A stretch of DNA of 64,000 nucleotides. Source: an uncultured Acidobacteriota bacterium (GTDB lineage Bacteria > Acidobacteriota > Thermoanaerobaculia > UBA5066 > Gp7-AA6). Shown piece after piece: positions 36,049-45,393 of the stretch (the first letter of the stretch is position 1; each line of letters starts with the position of its first letter). The notes beneath the pieces are model-generated. The model saw only the letters and a list, made by a program, of their open reading frames with translations, had not been told where the DNA came from and searched no databases. A program made the position numbers and the translations under genes. The DNA is taken from positions 65,524 through 129,523 of the forward strand of contig CAVXTP010000017.1 in assembly GCA_963764715.1 (NCBI GenBank). The letters run 5' to 3'.

Positions 36049-37008
36049 GTGACCACGGCAGCCGCGCCGATCCCCGCCCGCTCCGCGCGGTTCTACGCCT
36101 TCGTGTCGATCGGCGCGGCGGTCGTGACGATCGTGTTGAAGCTCGCGGCCTGGAAGCTGACCGGCTCGGTCGGCCTTCTCTCGGACGCCGCGGAGTCGGT
36201 CGTCAACCTCGTCGCGGCGTTGATCGCCCTGTGGGCGCTGACCGTGGCCGCGAAGCCCCCCGACCAGAAGCACGCCTTCGGTTATACGAAGGCCGAGTAC
36301 TTCTCGAGCGGCGTCGAGGGCTTTCTCATCATCGCCGCGGCGGCCGGCATCGTGGTGGCCGCGTGGGAGCGCTGGAAGACGCCGCAACCCCTGACCGACG
36401 CGTGGCTCGGCGTCGGCGTGTCCGTCGTCGCCTCCGCGATCAACGGGTCGGTCGCCGTGATGCTTCTCGCCGCCGGCCGGAGACTGCGCTCGATCACGCT
36501 GACCGCCGACGCGCACCACCTGCTGACCGACGTCTGGACCTCGGCGGGCGTCATCGTGGGGATCGCGCTCGTCGCGCTGACGGGCTGGGTCCGCCTCGAC
36601 CCTCTCATCGCCGCCGCCGTCGCCGTGAATATCGTCTGGACCGGCTGGAGGCTGGTGCGCGACACGGGCCTCGGGCTCATGGACTCTTCGCTTCCGGAGG
36701 ACGAGCGCAAGGTCGTGACCGAGGCCCTCGCGCCCTTCCAGGAGCAGGGCATCCTCTTCCACGCGATCCTGTCGCGCGTGGCCGGCCGCCGCCGCTTCGT
36801 GACGATGCACGTCCTCGTGCCCGGCACGTGGACCGTGCAGAGGGGCCACGACCTCTGCGAATCGATCGAGGCGGCCGTTCGCCAGACCCTTCCCGGCTCC
36901 CACGCGATCACGCATCTCGAGCCGCGCGAGGACCCCGTCTCCTGGGACGACCGTGGGCTCGACCGGCCCTCGCCGGAAATCAGTCCTGGAGCGCGGCCGG
37001 CAGGGTGA
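36049..37008 (+). CDS. cation diffusion facilitator (CDF) family metal efflux transporter
   Basis: The GTG at 36049 lies inside ORF 34477..37008. It has six TM helices with the CDF motifs LLSDAAESVVNL and ADAHHLLTDVWTS, plus a cytoplasmic C-terminal domain. Confidence 0.85.
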   Translation: MTTAAAPIPARSARFYAFVSIGAAVVTIVLKLAAWKLTGSVGLLSDAAESVVNLVAALIALWALTVAAKPPDQKHAFGYTKAEYFSSGVEGFLIIAAAAGIVVAAWERWKTPQPLTDAWLGVGVSVVASAINGSVAVMLLAAGRRLRSITLTADAHHLLTDVWTSAGVIVGIALVALTGWVRLDPLIAAAVAVNIVWTGWRLVRDTGLGLMDSSLPEDERKVVTEALAPFQEQGILFHAILSRVAGRRRFVTMHVLVPGTWTVQRGHDLCESIEAAVRQTLPGSHAITHLEPREDPVSWDDRGLDRPSPEISPGARPAG

Positions 37009-38250
37009 CGATGTCGACGAGCCCCGCGCAGCCGTAGATCGCCGGCAGGACCTTCTCCGGAGGGTGGTTCCGGCGCAGGTCGGCGACGACCTCGGTGCCG
37101 GCGCGGTAGGCGGGCAGGTTCATGCGGCCGAAGAGAGGATGCTTTCCCCACGCCCCCCGAATTTCCCGGCGCGCTCTTCGGAGACCAGGAAGTCGCGCCG
37201 CAGCGCCGCGACGATCTCTTCCTGCGGCGCGCGCTCGCCCCAGGTCCGGTACGACGCCTGGTTCTTGGCGTCGTCCTGGAGGTGGGCGAGCCAGAGGCCG
37301 ATCTGGAGGTCCTCGTCGGGCACCTGTTCGACCTCGGTCAGGCCCATCGCCATCAGGACCGCGTTGTTGCCGATGCCCTCGGCGAGCGTTCCCCAGCGCG
37401 TGTTCATCGCGAGGATCGTGGCCTCGAAGCCGACGCGGCCCCGCACGTAGAGGCCCTGCATCAGCGCCGCCGTCGTAACGTGGCCGGGGACGACCTCGTG
37501 GCCGACGAGCTGCTCGAACTCGGGCACGGAAATCTGCAGCGAGGCGTTGATCTCGTAGAGCGCCTCGTACTGCGGCGAACCGTCGGGGTTGCGGGCGCGG
37601 CCGACGTAGCTCATGAAGCCCGAGAAGAACGCGTCCTTGATGGGCACGAACGTCATGTTCGAGCGCGGGACTCCTCGTAACTCGGCGGGCAGGTGGGGCG
37701 CGAGGTTCTTCGTCGTCCCGGCGTCGAAGCGGGCGATGAAGGCGTTGGCGAGCGTCGCGATCGTTTTCGGCGGCACCATCCGCTCGCGCCGCCAGGCGTC
37801 GACCGCGGCGAGGAGCTCGTCGCCGGTCTTCGACGGATATCCGGCTTTCGCCAGGAGCTCGGCGAGCCGCCGCCGCTTCTCCTCGGGGCGCGAGGGCGAG
37901 GGCGGCCTCCCCGTCGATGCGACGACGCAGCGCTCGTAGGGAACCTCCGGACCGCGGCCGAGCAGGTGCATCGAGAGGTCCCACATCACCGACATGCACT
38001 CGCCGAGGCCGTCGAAGAACGCGCCGCGCAGGCCCGGAAGCGTCGCGCCAGCGGCGGCGACGGCGTCGATCGCCCCTTTCACGTCGATCGCGGCGAGGTA
38101 GGCGTCGACGGCCGCGCGGTCCGGCTCCTTCGCGGCGACGCCCCCGGCGGCCCGGAGAGTCGCCGCGGCCGGATGCGTGTACGCCTCGGGCATCGGCTCG
38201 TCCGAGAACCAGGAATCGACGACCGCCCGCCCGGTCCCGGACGGGTTCAT
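36980..38250 (-). pseudogene. DUF885-like protein gene with a 1-nt frame change at a C6 tract (true pseudogene or sequencing indel)
   Basis: The frame of ORF 37120..39714 reads MNPSGTGRAVVDSWF ... GHEVVPGHVTT ... RDFLVSEERAGKFGG and then stops at 37120. Protein-like sequence with GC-rich third positions continues in the frame of ORF 36980..37999 (WGKHPLFGRMNLPAYRAGTEVVADLRRNHPPEKVLPAIYGCAGLVDIVTLPAALQD). The switch coincides with CCCCCC at 37153-37158. The total length of 1271 nt is not a multiple of 3. Confidence 0.55.
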
Positions 38251-38318
38251 GACGTCGCCGCCCCAGAGCGTGTCGATCCCGAGGAGGGCCGTCGCCGTGA
38301 GCGTCCCGAGCCGGTCGG

Positions 38319-40319
38319 TCAGGCGGGCTTCTCCTTCTTCATGGAGCCGTACCAGAGGTAGAGACACAGCAGGACGAAGCCCGCGGCGCTCACGGTCTGG
38401 GAAACCGGGTCGATGTCGTAGAAGGGCAGCTTGATCAGGTCCTCGCGGAACCCGGGCACGACGCGCAGCCCCGCGCCGAAAACGCCGCCGAGCGCGCCGC
38501 CGGCCATCAGTCCCGACGCGATGATGATCGCCCGCTCGCGCATCGACCGGCCGGTCACGCCGCCGGCCGCCTCGGAGCGCTTGTTGACGAAGTGCGAGAT
38601 GACTCCCCCGACGAGCGCCGGCGTATTGAGCTCGAGCGGCAGGTACATCCCGAGGGCGAAGATCAGGGGGGGAACCTGCAGCATCTCCATGGCGACCGCG
38701 ATCATCGCGCCCGCGCCGAAGAGGATGTAGGCGACCGGCTGGCGGCTCATGAAGCCCTCGACGAGGGCCTTCATGATCGAGGCCTGCGGGGAGGCCAGGA
38801 CCGGCCGCAGGTCGCCCGGCGCGGACTCGCCGAACTGGAAGGTCTTCGCGAGGAGCACGATCACGAGGCCCACGACGACCGACGAGACCAGCACGCCGTA
38901 GAACTTGACGCGCTCCTGGACGGCGGGGGTCGACCCCAGCCAGTAGCCCGTCTTCAGGTCCGTGATGGTCTGGCCGGACACCGACAGCGCCGTGCAGACC
39001 ATCCCGGCGATCGCCATGACGAAGAACATGCCCGTCCGCCCCGACACGCCGAACTCGAGGAGGATCAGGGACGAGATGATGATCGTCAGCATCGTCATCC
39101 CCGAGACCGGGTTGCGCGCCGTCGTCGCGATCGCGTTGGCCGCCACGGACGTGAAGAAGAACGAGAACACCATCGTCAGCCCGAGGCCGATGAGGACGAT
39201 GACGGCCCTGGCGTCGAGATTGCCCAGGAAGATCGCGACGGCCACGGTCGACACCACGACGCCGACCAGGATCTTCATGATCGCCATGTCCCGGTCCGTC
39301 CGTTCCAGCCCTTCGGCCTCGCCGTGGCGGAAGGCTTTGGCGGCGATCGAGAACGAACCGGCGACGATCTTGAGCGACTTGATGATGCCGAAGATGCCGG
39401 CGGTCGCGATGGCCCCGACGCCCATGAACCGCACGTAGGCGCGGTAAATGTCCGTCCCGGTCATCTCGGCGATCGGGAGCGTGCCCGGGTAGACGACCGC
39501 GTCGGGAAACTTCCGGCCGATGAACCAGATCACCGGCACGAGCACGAAGTTCGACAGCACGCCCCCGGCGCACAGCAGCGTCGAGGCCCGCAGGCCCATC
39601 ACGTAGCCGAGGCCGAGAATGAAGGCGACGGCGTCGAAACGCAGGACCATGCGGGCCTTGACCGCCAGATCGTCGAAGACCTTCACGAACCGGAAATCGA
39701 CGAACTCCTTCCACACCTGAAAGGTCGTCACGAAGAAGTCGTACACGGCCGAGATGCCGGTCGCCTGGAGCAGGAGCTTCGCCTGCGAACCTCCCCTCTC
39801 GCCGGTGACGAGAACCTCGGTGATGGCCGTCGCCTCGGGGAAGGGAAACTGCCCGTGCATGTCCCGGACGAAATAGCGGCGAAGCGGAATGATGAACAGG
39901 ACCCCGAGGGCGCCGCCGGCGAGGCAGATGAAGATCGTCTGCCAGGGATGAGGATCGAGCTTCAGGATGTAGAGGGCCGGGAGCGTGAAGATCGCGCCGG
40001 CGACGACCGACGCCGAGACGCCCCCGATCCCGGTGATGATGACGTTTTCGAGGATCGACGAACGTCGGCCGTAGACGCGCGCCAGGCCGATCGCCAGGAT
40101 CGAGATCGGGATGGCGGCCTCCATGACCTGCCCGACCTTGAGCCCGGAATATGCCGATGCCGCGGTAAAGATCGCGCAGAGGAAGAGCCCCCAGAGGACC
40201 GAGCGCCAGGTCGCCTCGGGGAGATTGGCGGAGGCCGGGACGATCGGCTGGTAGACCTCGCCGGACCCGAGCGGACGGTAGGCGTTTTCCGGCAGGGATT
40301 TCGTCTCGGACGCGTCCAT
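38319..40319 (-). CDS. OPT-family oligopeptide transporter
   Basis: The ATG at 40319 (MDASETKSLPENAYRPLG...) lies inside ORF 38319..40526 and is preceded by GGAGGG. It has about 16 TM helices. The motifs FPFPEATAITEVL and NPVSGMTM are typical of the OPT superfamily. Confidence 0.88.
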   Translation of the reverse strand: MDASETKSLPENAYRPLGSGEVYQPIVPASANLPEATWRSVLWGLFLCAIFTAASAYSGLKVGQVMEAAIPISILAIGLARVYGRRSSILENVIITGIGGVSASVVAGAIFTLPALYILKLDPHPWQTIFICLAGGALGVLFIIPLRRYFVRDMHGQFPFPEATAITEVLVTGERGGSQAKLLLQATGISAVYDFFVTTFQVWKEFVDFRFVKVFDDLAVKARMVLRFDAVAFILGLGYVMGLRASTLLCAGGVLSNFVLVPVIWFIGRKFPDAVVYPGTLPIAEMTGTDIYRAYVRFMGVGAIATAGIFGIIKSLKIVAGSFSIAAKAFRHGEAEGLERTDRDMAIMKILVGVVVSTVAVAIFLGNLDARAVIVLIGLGLTMVFSFFFTSVAANAIATTARNPVSGMTMLTIIISSLILLEFGVSGRTGMFFVMAIAGMVCTALSVSGQTITDLKTGYWLGSTPAVQERVKFYGVLVSSVVVGLVIVLLAKTFQFGESAPGDLRPVLASPQASIMKALVEGFMSRQPVAYILFGAGAMIAVAMEMLQVPPLIFALGMYLPLELNTPALVGGVISHFVNKRSEAAGGVTGRSMRERAIIIASGLMAGGALGGVFGAGLRVVPGFREDLIKLPFYDIDPVSQTVSAAGFVLLCLYLWYGSMKKEKPA

Positions 40320-40419
40320 CGGCCCTCCGGCGGCGGTTGGGCTATCGTGTCCGAACGGTGCCCGCCGCGAAACTCCGCGGATCTTACCGGAGTCGGGGCG
40401 GACGAAGGAGGGCCGGGGC

Positions 40420-40866
40420 GTGAGCGGGAGCGCGAGCGATGCGGCGGGCCGGGCCTGGGCGGTCCTCTTCGCCCGCGGCGTGCTCGGCCTGATCTTCTTC
40501 ATGGCCGGCTTCTGGAAGGTCTTCACCCTGACGCCGTCGGGCCACGCGCACCGGTGGTTCGTCGATCCCTACGCCGACACGTTTCTTCCGGCGTGGTCGC
40601 TCTGGATCGCCGGCGTGACGATTCCCTTCGTCGAGCTCGCGGGCGGCGCGCTCATGCTCGCCGGCTGGCGCGTGCGCGAGGCCTCGCTCGCCCTCGGCGC
40701 GGTGCTCCTCGTCGTCACGTTCGGCCACCTGCTGAAGGAGCCGCTCTACGAGTTCCACACGCACGTCATTCCGCGCCTCGCCCTGGTCGTTTTCGTCCTG
40801 ATGGTTCCGCGCGATGCGGACCGCTTCTCGCTCGACGCGCTCGCCACGCGGCGGGCCCGCGCATGA
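40420..40866 (+). CDS. DoxX-family membrane protein
   Basis: A 148-aa ORF with four hydrophobic helices. The LFARGVLGLIFFMAGFWK opening is typical of DoxX. Confidence 0.6.
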   Translation: MSGSASDAAGRAWAVLFARGVLGLIFFMAGFWKVFTLTPSGHAHRWFVDPYADTFLPAWSLWIAGVTIPFVELAGGALMLAGWRVREASLALGAVLLVVTFGHLLKEPLYEFHTHVIPRLALVVFVLMVPRDADRFSLDALATRRARA

Positions 40867-41462
40867 AAGGAGCTCTCGTGAAAAAGCCCGTGCTCGCCCT
40901 CGTCGCCCTGCTGCTCTCCTCGATCGCCGCCGCCCAGGCGACCCGGCCGCCCTCGTCGGCCCCGCCGAGCGACGCGGCTCGCCGCCCCGGCGCGCCGCCC
41001 GCCGGCGACGGCGCCTCGATCGACTCCATCCTCGCCGCGCTCTACGCGTCGGTCAGCCATCCCGACGGCGCCGAGCCCGACTGGGCGCGGATGCGCGCGG
41101 TGATGCTGCCCGTCGGGATGTTCATCCCGCCCAAGCGCCCGAAGGAAGAGCTCTTCACGGTCCTCGACGTGGACGGCTTCCGCGACCGGGTGCGCAAGGG
41201 CGCCGCCGAGGCGAAGGAGAAGGGCAACTCGACCGCCTTCTACGAGAAGGAGGTCGCGCGCCGGCTCGACTGCTTCGGGAACGTCTGCCAGGCCTTCTCG
41301 ACCTACGAGGCGCGCCGCGCGCCGTCCGACGAGAAGCCCTTCGTCAGCGGCATCAACAGCATCCAGATGCTCAACGACGGCGAGCGCTGGTGGGTGGCCT
41401 CGGTCGTCTGGGACGTCGAGCGGCCCGGCAACCCGATCCCCGACCAGTACAAGCCGAAGTAA
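40863..41462 (+). CDS. secreted hypothetical protein (NTF2/SnoaL-like fold suspected)
   Basis: The ATG at 40863 overlaps the DoxX stop (ATGA). It has a signal peptide (MKGALVKKPVLALVALLLSSIAAAQA). The C-terminal WWVASVVWDVE is reminiscent of DUF4440/NTF2-like proteins. Confidence 0.55.
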   Translation: MKGALVKKPVLALVALLLSSIAAAQATRPPSSAPPSDAARRPGAPPAGDGASIDSILAALYASVSHPDGAEPDWARMRAVMLPVGMFIPPKRPKEELFTVLDVDGFRDRVRKGAAEAKEKGNSTAFYEKEVARRLDCFGNVCQAFSTYEARRAPSDEKPFVSGINSIQMLNDGERWWVASVVWDVERPGNPIPDQYKPK

Positions 41463-41501
41463 CGGTCAGGGAGGCGGGCGCGATCGGCGAAGGAGGACAC
41501 C

Positions 41502-41924
41502 ATGGGCCGGATCAACTTTTCCCGCGTCGTCCTCGGCGGCATCCTGGCCGGCATCCTGATCAACATCTCCGAGTACCTGCGCTACGACGTCGTCATGCGG
41601 GGAGAGTACGAGTCCGGCATGCGCGCGCTCGGGAAGGGACTGCCGCAGGGCGGCGCGGTGACCGCGGTCTGGACGCTCTGGGGATTCGGGCTCGGCATCG
41701 CCGCGGTCTGGCTCTACGCCGCCATCCGGCCGCGCTTCGGCGCCGGCGCCGCGACCGCCGTGCGGGCCGGCGTGGCGGTCTGGTTCTTCACGTCGCTGCT
41801 CGCGATCATCGCCATGCGGGCGATGGGCCTCTTCGGGATCTCGGCGCTCGCGCTCGCGTGGACGCTCGTCGAGTGCGTCGCCGCGACGCTCGCCGGCGCC
41901 TGGCTCTACCGCGAGACGGACTGA
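41502..41924 (+). CDS. hypothetical 4-TM membrane protein
   Basis: A 140-aa ORF with four hydrophobic segments and GC-rich third positions. I recognise no family. Confidence 0.55.
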   Translation: MGRINFSRVVLGGILAGILINISEYLRYDVVMRGEYESGMRALGKGLPQGGAVTAVWTLWGFGLGIAAVWLYAAIRPRFGAGAATAVRAGVAVWFFTSLLAIIAMRAMGLFGISALALAWTLVECVAATLAGAWLYRETD

Positions 41925-41928
41925 TCCG

Positions 41929-43053
41929 TCAGGCGAGGGCCTGCCGGAAGTCCTCGACGAGGTCGTCGGGGTGCTCGAGGCCGACCGAGACCCGGAGGAG
42001 GTTCGGCGGCGTCCTGGACCCCGGGCCCTCGCTCGAGGCGCGGTGCTCGAGCAGGCTCTCGGTCCCGCCGAGGCTCGTCGCGTTGACGAAGAGCTTCATG
42101 CGCGAGGCCGCGCGCAGGGCGCCCTCGCGGCCGCCCTGGATGCGCACCGACACCATCCCGCCGAAGGCGCTCATCTGCCGCCGGGCGACCGCGTGGCCGG
42201 GGTGCGAGGGCAGCCCCGGGTAGTGCACCGCCTCGACGGCCGGATGGGCCTCGAGCGCCCGGGCCAGGGCGAGGGCGTTTTCGGAATGGCGCTCCATCCG
42301 GCAGGCCAGCGTCCGGAGGCCCCGGAGCACGAGCCAGGAGTTGAAGGGCGCCGCCACCGCGCCGAGGATGTACCGCACCTCCTCGGCCTTCGAAAAGGTC
42401 TCGTCCTTCTTCCGGAACACGAGGGCCCCGCCCTGCACGTCGCTGTGGCCGCCGAGGTACTTCGTCGTCGAGTGCAGGACCGCGTCGGCGCCGAGGTCGA
42501 GCGGGCGCTGCAGGGCGGGCGTCGCGAACGTCCCGTCGACGACGAGCTTCGCGCCTGCCCGGCGCGCGATCTCCGCGAGGCCCGCGAGGTCGGCGATCTT
42601 CATCAGCGGGTTCGACGGGGTCTCGGCCCAGATCAGACGCGTCGCGGGCGTCACCGCCGCCTCGACCCGGCCGAGGTCCCCCATGTCGACGGCGGACGCC
42701 GTCATCCCCCAGCGCGGAAGGAACTCGTCGGCCATGTGCCGGAAGCCGTAGTAGACGTCGTCCGGGAAGAGCACGTGCGACCCCGGCGGCATGGCCTGTA
42801 GGTACGCCGCCCCGGCCGCGAGGCCCGACGCGAACACGAGCGTGTCCTCGCCGCCCTCGATCGCCGCGAGGGCCTCGGCGAGCTGGCTCTGGTTCGGGTT
42901 GGACTCCCGGATGTAGATGTGCCCCCCCGGCCGCTCGGCCGCGGGGCCGTGCTCGAAGGTCGTCGAGAGGTGGATCGGCGGCGCAACGTCGAAGGTCGCC
43001 CGGTCGCGGCCTCCCCCGGCATGGATCGCGAGCGTTTCGAACTTCATGAACAT
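41929..43053 (-). CDS. cystathionine gamma-synthase / beta-lyase family PLP enzyme
   Basis: Motifs include [25 protein letters not shown] and [14 protein letters not shown] (PLP lysine). It is 374 aa. Confidence 0.9.
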   Translation of the reverse strand: MFMKFETLAIHAGGGRDRATFDVAPPIHLSTTFEHGPAAERPGGHIYIRESNPNQSQLAEALAAIEGGEDTLVFASGLAAGAAYLQAMPPGSHVLFPDDVYYGFRHMADEFLPRWGMTASAVDMGDLGRVEAAVTPATRLIWAETPSNPLMKIADLAGLAEIARRAGAKLVVDGTFATPALQRPLDLGADAVLHSTTKYLGGHSDVQGGALVFRKKDETFSKAEEVRYILGAVAAPFNSWLVLRGLRTLACRMERHSENALALARALEAHPAVEAVHYPGLPSHPGHAVARRQMSAFGGMVSVRIQGGREGALRAASRMKLFVNATSLGGTESLLEHRASSEGPGSRTPPNLLRVSVGLEHPDDLVEDFRQALA

Positions 43054-43087
43054 CCCCCCGGTTTGCGCGCAACTCTCTCACGGGGGG
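43054..43087 (-). promoter_or_regulatory. leader hairpin sequestering the ribosome-binding G-run of the upstream-adjacent Cys/Met gene
   Basis: The mRNA sense reads CCCCCCG-(20 nt)-CGGGGGG-AUG. The 7-bp perfect stem has its 3' arm directly abutting the start codon at 43053. Confidence 0.3.
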
Positions 43088-43206
43088 AGGCTTGCCTGCC
43101 ACGGAATCCGCGGCGCCGTTCGGGACGTACTCCGTGCGAAACCCGCGAGCCCCGCCGGAATCTAAGGCAGTCCGGCAGGGTTCTCGCCGGAGGAGGATCC
43201 ATACCC

Positions 43207-43821
43207 TTGAAGACCCGGTGGCTCGCCCGTCTGATCCTGTCTCTCGCCCTCGGCGTCCTGGCCCGGGCCGCGCTCGCCGCGCCCAACGAGAAGGCCATCT
43301 TCGCCGGAGGCTGCTTCTGGTGCGAGGAGAGCGCGTTCGAGGACCTTCCCGGCGTCGTGTCGGCCGTCTCGGGTTACACCGGCGGCCGGACCGCGGACCC
43401 GACGTACGAGCAGGTCTCGACCGGCATGACCGGCCACGCCGAGTCGGCGGAGATCACCTTCGACCCGGCGAAGATCTCCTACGAGCAGCTTCTCCAGGTC
43501 TTCTGGCACAACATCGATCCGACCCAGGCCGACGGACAGTTCTGCGACCACGGGTCGCAGTACCGGTCCGCGATCTTCTACTTGAACGACGCGCAGAAGA
43601 AGGCGGCCGAGGCCTCGAAGGCGAAGCTCGAGCAGGACCCCCGGTTCCGCGGGAAGATCGCGACCCAGATCGTGCCGGCCTCGAAGTTCTATCCGGCCGA
43701 GGAGCATCACCAGAACTACTGCAAGGTCAATCCGCTCCGCTACAAGATGTACGCCGCGGGCTGCGGCCGCGCCGCGCGCCTCAAGGCGATCTGGGGCGAG
43801 GACGCCGGGAGCCACCCGTGA
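43207..43821 (+). CDS. msrA: peptide-methionine (S)-S-oxide reductase with signal peptide
   Basis: The TTG at 43207 is preceded by GGAGGAGG. It has a signal peptide ([26 protein letters not shown]), the catalytic motif GGCFWCEE, and [12 protein letters not shown]. Confidence 0.92.
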   Translation: MKTRWLARLILSLALGVLARAALAAPNEKAIFAGGCFWCEESAFEDLPGVVSAVSGYTGGRTADPTYEQVSTGMTGHAESAEITFDPAKISYEQLLQVFWHNIDPTQADGQFCDHGSQYRSAIFYLNDAQKKAAEASKAKLEQDPRFRGKIATQIVPASKFYPAEEHHQNYCKVNPLRYKMYAAGCGRAARLKAIWGEDAGSHP

Positions 43822-44399
43822 CGCGCGCCCTGCTCGCCGCCTTCGCCGGCGTTCTCGTGCTCGGCGCGACGCTCGCCGCGACCCTCGCGCCGTCTCCCGC
43901 TCCGACGCCCGCACCCGCCGCCGCGGCCTCGACGCCGCGCTGGAACGGCGCCGGCGCGTTCCAGAAGCCCTCGAGCGCGGAACTGCGCCGGCTGCTGACG
44001 CCCCTCCAGTTCGCCGTCACCCAGCAGGAGGGGACCGAGCGCGCGTTCTCCAACGAGTACTGGGACAACAAGCGGGCCGGGATCTACGTCGACATCGTGT
44101 CGGGCGAGCCCCTCTTCTCCTCGTTCGAGAAGTACGACTCGGGCACCGGCTGGCCGAGTTTCTGGAAGCCCCTCGAGCCCGCGAACGTGAAGGCGGGGGC
44201 CGAGATCTCCTTCATCATGCCGTATGCGGAAGTCCGGTCGGCCCACGCCGACTCCCATCTCGGCCACGTCTTCCACGACGGCCCGAAGCCGACGGGATTG
44301 CGTTACTGCATGAACTCGGCGGCGATGCGGTTCATCCCGGCCGAGGACCTCGAGAAGGAAGGCTACGGGCAGTACAGGGCGCTGTTCGAGAAGAGATAG
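43818..44399 (+). CDS. msrB: peptide-methionine (R)-S-oxide reductase with N-terminal hydrophobic anchor/signal
   Basis: The GTG at 43818 overlaps the msrA stop (GTGA). It has [15 protein letters not shown] and the catalytic RYCMNS. The zinc CxxC pairs and the resolving Cys are absent ([17 protein letters not shown]). Confidence 0.92.
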   Translation: MTRALLAAFAGVLVLGATLAATLAPSPAPTPAPAAAASTPRWNGAGAFQKPSSAELRRLLTPLQFAVTQQEGTERAFSNEYWDNKRAGIYVDIVSGEPLFSSFEKYDSGTGWPSFWKPLEPANVKAGAEISFIMPYAEVRSAHADSHLGHVFHDGPKPTGLRYCMNSAAMRFIPAEDLEKEGYGQYRALFEKR

Positions 44400-44412
44400 T
44401 CTCCGCCCCGGG

Positions 44413-44500
44413 TCGTAGGGGCGGCCCTTGTGGCCGCCCTTCGAGCGAGGGCGGGGGCAAGCCCCGCCCCGACGACGGGAGCCGCCCTTCGTCCTACGGC
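44413..44500. repeat. cluster of GC-rich palindromes between convergent genes (same family as the dinB-flanking units)
   Basis: AGGGGCGGCC-CTTGT-GGCCGCCCT lies at 44417-44440 and GGGCGGGGG-CAA-GCCCCGCCC at about 44447-44470. The outer GTCGTAGG / CCTACGGC arms also pair. The cluster sits between the msrB stop (44399) and the M55 peptidase stop (44494). Confidence 0.6.
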
Positions 44501-45393
44501 GACAGCCCCGGCTCGTAGTTCTCGACGAACTCGAGGAACCGGATCGTCTCGAGCATGTCCTTGCCGCGGAACCGGATCGCGTGGGCGTCGGTGCGCTCGA
44601 CGATCGGGAGGTACGCGAGGACCTCCGACGGCCGGTAGTTCTTGAAGCGGAGGTCGAGAGTCACGGGCGCCTTGACCTCGTAGACCTTCATCGCCGAAAG
44701 CCGGCCGAGCGCCGCCTTCGCGGCCGCGCGGATCCGGTCGCAGCTTGCCTCGGGCGTCAGCGTCCGGGCCGAGTGGAAGCCGGCGTTCCACTTCACGACG
44801 GCGCCCTCGATCGGCCCGAGCAGCGCCTGGGCCTCTTTCACCGCGGCGTCGTCGCCCGAGATCATCGCGACCGGAACGTGGAAGTGCCCCGCGATCGCGG
44901 CGTTGAGGCCCGCCTCCAGCACGGAGACGCCGTTGAGCCGCACGTCGGCGAGCGTCGCCGAGGACATCGTGTGCGCGCGGACGCCCTGCGGGTTGGTCGT
45001 CGACGCGTGGTAGCCGACGAAGAGGACCGCGTCGAAGCTCGCGTCGATTCCTTCCATCATCGCGAGCGGGCGCGGCCACGACCGGACGATCTGCACGTCC
45101 TTCGGGAAGCGCTCGATGAGGAGGTTTTCGCCGTTGCCGTGGGAATCGGAGACGAGGATCTCCGTCGCGCCCGCGGCCCGGGCCCCGTCGATCGCCGCCA
45201 GCACCTCGTTCGTCATGAACCCGCGGAACCGCTCGTACTCGAATCCCTGGGGGCCGAGCTGGTCGCCCGTCACGACCCCGGCGACGCCTTCCATGTCGGC
45301 CGAGATGTAGACCTTGAGCTTCGGCTGCGCGGCGGCGGGAAGCGCCGCGGCGAGAGCGAAGACGAGGGCCGCGGCGGTCCGGCCGCTCTTCAT
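44494..45393 (-). CDS. M55-family D-aminopeptidase (DppA-like) with signal peptide
   Basis: The ATG at 45393 lies inside ORF 44494..46497. The sequence is MKSGRTAAALVFALAAALPAAAQP followed by KVYISADMEGVAGV and SDSHGNG. Confidence 0.85.
   Translation of the reverse strand: MKSGRTAAALVFALAAALPAAAQPKLKVYISADMEGVAGVVTGDQLGPQGFEYERFRGFMTNEVLAAIDGARAAGATEILVSDSHGNGENLLIERFPKDVQIVRSWPRPLAMMEGIDASFDAVLFVGYHASTTNPQGVRAHTMSSATLADVRLNGVSVLEAGLNAAIAGHFHVPVAMISGDDAAVKEAQALLGPIEGAVVKWNAGFHSARTLTPEASCDRIRAAAKAALGRLSAMKVYEVKAPVTLDLRFKNYRPSEVLAYLPIVERTDAHAIRFRGKDMLETIRFLEFVENYEPGLSP

Noticed and set aside
43054-43206. A SAM-type riboswitch upstream of the cystathionine-gamma-synthase-family gene.
   Set aside because: I could not recognise the conserved cores of SAM-I, SAM-II, SAM-V or SAM/SAH from memory. 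Only the RBS-sequestering hairpin is solid, so only that is reported, at low confidence.
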